A DNA stretch of 64,000 nucleotides. Origin: Planctomycetota bacterium. Lineage in GTDB: Bacteria > Planctomycetota > UBA8108 > SXIK01. Shown here in pieces: positions 57,888 to 64,000 of this stretch (the first letter of the stretch is position 1; each line of letters begins with the position of its first letter). The translations under genes and the position numbers were made by a program. The DNA is taken from positions 4,896,001-4,960,000 of the forward strand of contig OZ244999.1 of NCBI GenBank assembly GCA_965223265.1, in the 5' to 3' direction. A model generated the notes under the pieces. The model was not told the DNA's origin. It ran no database searches and worked only from the letters and a program-made list of their open reading frames with translations.

Positions 57888-59135
57888 TCACCGCGTGGCC
57901 ACGAAGACGCTCGCCGAATGCAGAGAATACGCCCGTGTCGCCGCCGCAACGTCGGGGATCGAACGCACCCAAGAGAAACCTCGACGTTTGAGAAGTCGCT
58001 GCCATGACACACCATCCAAGAACCCCCATCGCAACCGATAGGGTGGTTCGGGAGACACTCTGCGAAATCTGTCGAGAAGCTGGAAGGTGAACTCAGGGTG
58101 CACGGGTTGGTCGACTTCCGGACGTATGCACTCTCCAATCAGTAAGCTTCCACCAGGTCGCAATGACCGGCGCAGCTCCCCGAGCGCGGCGTCCAGCTCG
58201 CCGACGGTATGAAGCACGTTGACGGCAACAATGACGTCGACGCTCTCAGGCTCGAGGCGCCAGCTCTCGGGTCGGTCGAGATCGAGGAGCTCGAAAGAAA
58301 CGCGGTGCATCGCTTCGATCCCTGGGGAGGCTAGTCGCTCGCGAGCTTTACTCAAGAACGTCGGTGCAATGTCGGTGACGTGGTACGACAGGTTCGACCC
58401 GACTTTCTCAAGAATCGCCTCAGCCGCGCTGCCGCAGCCGGCACCCACCTCGACAACGCGAATGCTCTCCTCCCTCGCAGGCTCGCGATCAAAAAGTTCG
58501 CGAAAAACGTGTGCCGTCAGCTCGTTGATCGGTGCGTACAGAGGATTCTCTCGGGAAAAATAGCGTTCCCACGTCGCGGCTCGATCAGCAGAAAAGAATA
58601 TGCTGTCGGCTACGGCTGCGCCGCGAAGAAACCCCGGGAACTGAGCGGCGGCGAGGTCGACGAGGTCGAGCACCGGCGCCAAGCCTGAGTCAACGTCAAG
58701 CAGCGATCGACGAACGTCAGAGATCAGGTCGTCGAGCGCTTCCGGCAAGTGCCACCGGTCCGCCGCCAAGCTCACTGCCGGAGGCCCGTCACTATGCCCT
58801 TCGACGAGGTGCCCTTCGACCAGGTGCCCTTCGACCAGGCGCGAATGCAGAAGCTTCGTGATCAGCCAACGCCACGATTCGATTCTATCGGTGGCAATCC
58901 CATATCGAAGTGGCTCGAGTCCCGCGAGCGACAAGGCGGCGTCCGGCTCGACGCCACACGTGCGCAACACCATCAAAGTCTGTAAGTCGACGTAGGTGTT
59001 GACGTCTTCGTTGGTACAAAAAAACTGACTCGATCGAAGCGCCGGTGGAAGTTTCGCGAATGGCTCCAGGTCGATGCTCTCAAAGTCCATCGTACGATTT
59101 CGTTCGAGAAAGCGTGCGACATCGCGCTCTTTCAC
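57888..59135 (-). CDS. Class I SAM methyltransferase resembling PKS C-methyltransferase domains
   Basis: VVEVGAGCGS, YHVTDIAPTFL, VDVIVAVNVLH, LRPGGSLLIGE; GTG start overlaps ACP stop. Confidence 0.85.
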   Translation of the reverse strand: MKERDVARFLERNRTMDFESIDLEPFAKLPPALRSSQFFCTNEDVNTYVDLQTLMVLRTCGVEPDAALSLAGLEPLRYGIATDRIESWRWLITKLLHSRLVEGHLVEGHLVEGHSDGPPAVSLAADRWHLPEALDDLISDVRRSLLDVDSGLAPVLDLVDLAAAQFPGFLRGAAVADSIFFSADRAATWERYFSRENPLYAPINELTAHVFRELFDREPAREESIRVVEVGAGCGSAAEAILEKVGSNLSYHVTDIAPTFLSKARERLASPGIEAMHRVSFELLDLDRPESWRLEPESVDVIVAVNVLHTVGELDAALGELRRSLRPGGSLLIGECIRPEVDQPVHPEFTFQLLDRFRRVSPEPPYRLRWGFLDGVSWQRLLKRRGFSWVRSIPDVAAATRAYSLHSASVFVATR

Positions 59136-59404
59136 CGCGCCGGGTCTCCCTTGCTTTCGAGGTAGCCCGCCAGCGTCGCGACACTCTGAAGGACACGCTC
59201 TCCTTCCTCCTGACTCTCGATTCGGACGCTGAACTCCTTCTCTACGCTGGCGACGACTTCGAGGACATCGATCGAGTCTAGTCCAAGCCCCTCGTCGCCG
59301 AACAGCGGATCCTCGTCACGGATTTCTGCGACCGGCGTCTGCAGCTTCAGTTGACGTACGAGCATCTCTTTGATCCGTTGTCTCAACTCTTCATCAGCAG
59401 GCAT
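59132..59404 (-). CDS. Acyl carrier protein
   Basis: PLFGDEGLGLDSIDVLE phosphopantetheine site; acidic, 90 aa. Confidence 0.92.
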   Translation of the reverse strand: MPADEELRQRIKEMLVRQLKLQTPVAEIRDEDPLFGDEGLGLDSIDVLEVVASVEKEFSVRIESQEEGERVLQSVATLAGYLESKGDPAR

Positions 59405-60350
59405 CTCGGGTGGTCCTTTCTTCAACTAACAGCCAACCACTACTCCCGGGTGCATCGTCAGCTGCCACTTCCAAACGAAACGGCAAAGACTCAGCACCAC
59501 GGGACCATCTCTCCATCCACTTTGCAACCGACACAAAGGGGAATACTCCACCTCCAGCGTGCTTCCAAAGCTGATCATGAGCAAGCATCTTTGACGCCTG
59601 TCTTGCCTCCATGCGGTCTTCAACATTCTGCATGGAATCGACGCCTACCCGGCACTCAACATGATGCGTGGCGTCGCCGCGCGAGAGGCAAAACGCGGCG
59701 GCTGCCCTGTCGACGTCAAGACCGTCGGCGAGAGAACTCTCGCGGCGGCGTCCGTGCAGAGGAGAGGAAAACACAGCCACAACCAGACGATCCAGACGTC
59801 GTAGCAACAGAAGGTCGCTGGCATGCTGCAAAGCATGGAACGCAGCGATCGCCCCACCGACCACCGTCGTCTGGTAGGACGTCAGGCCAAAGAGAAGCCC
59901 CAGGATCGAGCAACCGGTCGACGGTAAGGTGTGAAGGAACTCGCTCGGTCGTGGGATGTCGTCGGACGACGCGACGCACGCGAACCGCCGCGCCGCAGCC
60001 TCTGAAAACCCATCGTTGAGTACGATCAGACCGCCGTCCACCGCCGCACCGGAGCCGCGCTGCCACCAGCCCGCCGTCTCGAGCGCCGCCGCGACGACAG
60101 CCGGCAGCGGCGCGTACTCGGGCGCGATCTCGCGGCGACGACTCCATCGCCCCGGAAAGTCATCGACATGCGGCGCCCGACTCTCCGCCGCGAAACACTG
60201 CCATGGGGTTGTCGAATCCGCGGCTCCATCAAACACACCGCCGAAAAAATCCCCGTTTCGGATCGCGTAGGCGCCGGAATGCAGAACGACTCTTCGATCC
60301 TGATCGGTACGCGCCCCGCCCTCTCGCAGCCGCGACTGGCTCCCGCTCAT
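59394..60350 (-). CDS. Degenerate ketosynthase / chain-length-factor-like protein
   Basis: PSEFLHTLPSTGCSILGLLFGL...GGAIAAFHALQHASDLL resembles KS N-domain without catalytic Cys; coupled between KS and ACP. Confidence 0.65.
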   Translation of the reverse strand: MSGSQSRLREGGARTDQDRRVVLHSGAYAIRNGDFFGGVFDGAADSTTPWQCFAAESRAPHVDDFPGRWSRRREIAPEYAPLPAVVAAALETAGWWQRGSGAAVDGGLIVLNDGFSEAAARRFACVASSDDIPRPSEFLHTLPSTGCSILGLLFGLTSYQTTVVGGAIAAFHALQHASDLLLLRRLDRLVVAVFSSPLHGRRRESSLADGLDVDRAAAAFCLSRGDATHHVECRVGVDSMQNVEDRMEARQASKMLAHDQLWKHAGGGVFPFVSVAKWMERWSRGAESLPFRLEVAADDAPGSSGWLLVEERTTRDAC

Positions 60351-61753
60351 GGCGCGCCTCGTCGCGCCTGCTCAACACACGTCACTTGACGCGCGCGTTC
60401 ACTCAATCGACGACGAACAAACTCCTCGCCAGCAACAACGACGGCGCCGTTCTGGCCTCCAAATCCGACCACAAGCACCACGACAACGTCCGCTTCGAGA
60501 GGCAGCGCCGTTTCCCGTACGACCCGCAGCGCTGCATGTTCGAAGTCCGCTGCGAGTGGATACATCCCCGGAACCTCCCGGCGTCCAATGAGGCGTGCAG
60601 CAAATCCAACAGCCAACGTGCCGCTGGCGGCCAAAACGTGCCCGATCGCGACTTCCCAGCTCGTCACCGGAATCTCTGCAGCCGAGGCACCGAACACCTC
60701 TTCGACGGTCGAAGCCAGCATGCGATCGTACACCGGGGACCCTGTCGCTGTGAAGACGATGCAGCCAACGTCCGTGCGGTCGACTTCGGCATCGGTCAGC
60801 GCCTGGCGCAGCGCCGACTTCATGCCACTTCCATCGGGATTCGGTGTCGTCAAGTGATAACCGTCACTGACCAATCGCTGTGCCAGGAGGAAGGCTCTCG
60901 CAGATCCACCGCGCTGCGTCAATGCGTCGAGCGGTTCGAGCACGACGGCGCACGCCGCCTCTCCGATGACGACTCCGTCGGCGTCCGCAGCGAACGGGCG
61001 CAGCCGACCGGACTCTGACACGGCCCGCAGCGAACGAAACCCACTCACCATACTAGCACTCAGCGTGTCTGCGGCGCTGACGACGACCGCGTCGCGCCGC
61101 CTGAACGCCAAATCCGCCGCAGCACTCTCCAGCGCTGCTAACCCAGAGACGCACGTCGCCGAGAACAGAGCCGCTGGCGGCATGAGGCTGCGCCCACTCG
61201 TCGACGCCCCCAAGAGCGAGGCGATGGCGCCGATCGGTCGAGCCGCCCTCCCGGCGTGCGCTACTTGCGGCTCCGTTTGACTCCAAGTTTCAAAACCTTC
61301 GGTGCCGCCGAGCGCAGTCGCAACCGTCACACCCACGCCGGCGGACGCTGGCGCCAGCTCGGCAGCATCAAGCGCTGCGAACGTCGTGTTACGGAAGAGC
61401 TCGGCGGCGTCAGCGAGGTGTGCCGCAGTGCCCTCCGCAGCGCCGCGCCTGGGATCACTTGACGTCGCTGGATCCGCGCCTTGCGAACGCCCACGCCGAG
61501 CAAACTGCGCGTCGTCCATCCAGCCAGCGACGAATCCGTCACGCGCTGAGGCAATCGGTGGCACAAAGGATGCCGACGATGCCGACTTCGCCGCAGTCAA
61601 TCGCTCGTCGACAAAACGCGTGAAACAAGCGCGTCGAGCGGCAAGCGCCTCGAAAAGAACGTCGAACCCGCGCCCCGCCGGCGACACAAGAGCAGCGCCC
61701 GAAATCGCCAACGGCGCCGCCGCACCACCTAACCACGCGCTTTCTGTCACCAC
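60347..61753 (-). CDS. Beta-ketoacyl-ACP synthase family protein, non-canonical active site
   Basis: SATCVSGLAAL, RPFAADADGVVIGEAAC, SDGYHLTTP, IGHVLAASG, GFGGQNG. Confidence 0.85.
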   Translation of the reverse strand: MVTESAWLGGAAAPLAISGAALVSPAGRGFDVLFEALAARRACFTRFVDERLTAAKSASSASFVPPIASARDGFVAGWMDDAQFARRGRSQGADPATSSDPRRGAAEGTAAHLADAAELFRNTTFAALDAAELAPASAGVGVTVATALGGTEGFETWSQTEPQVAHAGRAARPIGAIASLLGASTSGRSLMPPAALFSATCVSGLAALESAAADLAFRRRDAVVVSAADTLSASMVSGFRSLRAVSESGRLRPFAADADGVVIGEAACAVVLEPLDALTQRGGSARAFLLAQRLVSDGYHLTTPNPDGSGMKSALRQALTDAEVDRTDVGCIVFTATGSPVYDRMLASTVEEVFGASAAEIPVTSWEVAIGHVLAASGTLAVGFAARLIGRREVPGMYPLAADFEHAALRVVRETALPLEADVVVVLVVGFGGQNGAVVVAGEEFVRRRLSERARQVTCVEQARRGAP

Positions 61754-61936
61754 TCAAACCTTTTCCTATACATCCAGCACTTTTGTAGTTACCCTGCCCT
61801 GACTTTGCCGTCAACCTTCCGCTGGCGACCCAGTGTCCACAGCGATCCGCCGCGACGCGAGACAACTCTCGCCGCGGGCGAACCGCAGTCTCGAAGTGTT
61901 CGAAGTGACGGTGCACGGGAAGTGCCTGAGAAAACG

Positions 61937-63175
61937 ATGCATGTGCTCGACTTGACGACCCTCTACATCGATGGAGGAGAGGGCGGCGTCAACACCTATC
62001 TGCGCGAGAAGGCGTCCTTTCTTCGTCGCGCGGACGGAATTCGACACACGATCATTGTGCCCGGAACGTCGGATCGCACGGACCGCCTCGAAGGCGCGGC
62101 GCTTCACGTCCTTCGCAGCCCAACAGTTCCCGGCAACAAGCAGCACCGCCTGCTGATTCGCTTGGGACGCGTTGTGCGGCTGATAGAATCGTTGAAACCG
62201 GACGTCGTCGAGGTCGACTGCGGCTACTTTCTCGCTCACGTCGCGCGTCGGGCCACTGCCGGAAGAAGCGTACCGGTGATCGGTGTCTATCACGCGCACC
62301 TTCCGGAACTCTACACTCGAGCGGTCCGCAGTCGCATTCGCCGCACTCTGACGCGCACGACTGAGGGCCTTGCGTGGCGCTACACGTCGTTCTGCACAGG
62401 TCCATGCCACAAGGTTCTCGTCACGTCGCGAGATCTTCTGAAGCGGCTGCAGGGCCGTCGGTTGCCTTCCCTTGAGTACTTGCCTCTCGGTGTCAACCTT
62501 GAACTCTTTCAACCCGGTCTGCGCGCCGATCGTGACGCGATCCCACGCGTCTCCGATGAGGAACAAGATCGGGGACAAGTCGTTCTGTACGTCGGGCGAC
62601 TCAGCGCTGAGAAGAACCTCGACACGCTTTTCGAATCGCACCGAACACTACGGCGCCAATATGGCACCCGCCTGGTCATCGCCGGCGATGGCCCCCTGCG
62701 CGGCTTCGTCGAGCGCGCGGCCGCACGAGACGCCGGCATCACCTATTTGGGTGTCTGCCCGTACGGAGAGCGCTTGGCGCACCTTTACCAGCAGGCTGCC
62801 GTCCTCGCCGCACCGAGCCCAAACGAGACGTTCGGCTTGATCATCTTGGAGGCATTCGCCTCTGGAGTCCCGGTCGTGACCGCAAACTCGGGCGGCGCAG
62901 CTGAACTCTTGCCATCCTCGGGATATCGACTCGCGCGCCCGGGAGATTCTGCCCACCTGGCGGAACAGATTGGGGCAGCGATCGTTGCCGGTCGACATCG
63001 AGGTGACGTCAGCGAAGCCCATGCCTACATCGAAAGTCGCTACTCATGGCGCAGGACGTTCGAACGTCTGCTATCGATCTACGGCCAAACGTGCGCTCAG
63101 ATCGCAGCGCATCGCGCCTCGCGCGCAGCCCGACACTGGGTGCGGCGGCCGCCAACCGAAAAGACGCGAGTCTAA
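61937..63175 (+). CDS. Glycosyltransferase family 4 (GT-B)
   Basis: GGVNTYL, LYVGRLSAEKNL, AGDGPLR, ETFGLIILEAFASGVPVV. Confidence 0.92.
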   Translation: MHVLDLTTLYIDGGEGGVNTYLREKASFLRRADGIRHTIIVPGTSDRTDRLEGAALHVLRSPTVPGNKQHRLLIRLGRVVRLIESLKPDVVEVDCGYFLAHVARRATAGRSVPVIGVYHAHLPELYTRAVRSRIRRTLTRTTEGLAWRYTSFCTGPCHKVLVTSRDLLKRLQGRRLPSLEYLPLGVNLELFQPGLRADRDAIPRVSDEEQDRGQVVLYVGRLSAEKNLDTLFESHRTLRRQYGTRLVIAGDGPLRGFVERAAARDAGITYLGVCPYGERLAHLYQQAAVLAAPSPNETFGLIILEAFASGVPVVTANSGGAAELLPSSGYRLARPGDSAHLAEQIGAAIVAGRHRGDVSEAHAYIESRYSWRRTFERLLSIYGQTCAQIAAHRASRAARHWVRRPPTEKTRV

Positions 63176-63459
63176 ACGGCGACGCGAGCACCTCTTCGGT
63201 GACCGACCCCGTCAACGATTTGAATGACACGGGCTCAACGACGCGGCATGTATTCATGGTGCGCAGCTCCTGTATACGGCAGCCGGTCCGTAGGTGATGT
63301 GCGGCACTTTTTCGTCGGCAATTTCGCTTCCATCTGAGGTAAACTGCGCCCTCATAGGTGGCTGCGGCCACCGAAGAAGCGGCGATCTGCCGGGTTCACT
63401 CGGAGTTCACCACTCGCTTCCTACTTTACGAAGCCCCGTAGAAGTCAGGAGAAAAAGAT

Positions 63460-64000
63460 ATGCGCGTCGTCTTCTTGCTTTTCTTCGCCGGAATCATAGG
63501 CGTCGGTTGCGCCCATCCAGTTCCGGTTCACTATCCCGATCTGAGCAAGCCACGCCACACCCGCGTCAACCTTCGCTCCAACGGCAACGAACTTTACTCC
63601 TCGAACTATTTGGGCCACGCCAGTGACTTGCCGATCGGCAGCCCTGCCGTTGTGACCATGTTCAGTGCCCAAGAGGTACGCCTGACAGTTCACGGCGCGG
63701 CGTACGTGATGAAACCCCACAAGACGCCCTTCGACACGTCGCAACTCAGCATCGGCTCTTTTCTCGACAAGTACTTCGTCGACAATCCGAGTCAGATCGA
63801 CGTCGCCAGCCTCGGCCCTGCAGACCTCAAGACACAAGTCGAGAGCGGACAGCACGTCATCGGCATGACCAAGGAACAGATCTACGCCTGCCTCGGACCG
63901 CCAGCAACCATCGACAGCGACCTACCTACAGCCAACCTGTCGCGAGAGCAAATCATGGCGAGCGACAAGTGGGTCTATCTGCACACGTTGGTCGTGTTTG
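63460..64000 (+). CDS. Putative lipoprotein with SmpA/BamE-like motif (runs off window end)
   Basis: Not in ORF track. AGGAGA RBS, MRVVFLLFFAGIIGVGC lipobox, IGMTKEQIYACLGPP; open to 64000. Confidence 0.75.
   Translation, partial: MRVVFLLFFAGIIGVGCAHPVPVHYPDLSKPRHTRVNLRSNGNELYSSNYLGHASDLPIGSPAVVTMFSAQEVRLTVHGAAYVMKPHKTPFDTSQLSIGSFLDKYFVDNPSQIDVASLGPADLKTQVESGQHVIGMTKEQIYACLGPPATIDSDLPTANLSREQIMASDKWVYLHTLVVF

Noticed and set aside
57888-61753. Ladderane or complete aryl-polyene cluster
   Set aside because: No radical-SAM, KR, DH or adenylation genes in the window and the KS site is non-canonical; only the ACP motif is suggestive
63176-63459. Possible ncRNA or riboswitch between the GT4 and lipoprotein genes
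   Set aside because: Only short weak stems; no recognisable family motif

Overview
GC-rich bacterial window, most likely an uncultured Planctomycetota lineage (DUF1501 + PSCyt1/DUF1549/DUF1553 pair, Tat-exported Gfo/Idh/MocA enzymes, PQQ-like propeller, lamin-tail/CotH proteins). It holds about 34 CDS, with no rRNA, tRNA, CRISPR array or transposase seen. Main points: (1) Five unrelated large secreted proteins (propeller/metallopeptidase-like, two CotH kinases, a possible TcA-like toxin, a 7-bladed PVL-type lectin) end in the same dockerin-like module, suggesting a cellulosome-like display or sorting system. (2) A four-helix-bundle (23S-IVP/bAvd-like) gene lies in a composite repeat locus: a long 5' hairpin, a YTAA-targeting MITE, CGT-core hexamer tracts, five GTAG-REP hairpins and an 11x24-bp array. 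Relatives of these parts recur at about 2.0, 34.8 and 57.3 kb. (3) Two regulons can be read from the DNA: NemR-like TetR boxes at its own promoter and upstream of trxA, and an Rrf2-associated palindrome shared by the rrf2 promoter and the cytochrome-c/PSD1/DUF1501 operon promoter. (4) A small KS/CLF/ACP/methyltransferase cluster has a ketosynthase with a non-canonical active site. All family assignments come from motif recognition by eye; no database searches were run.
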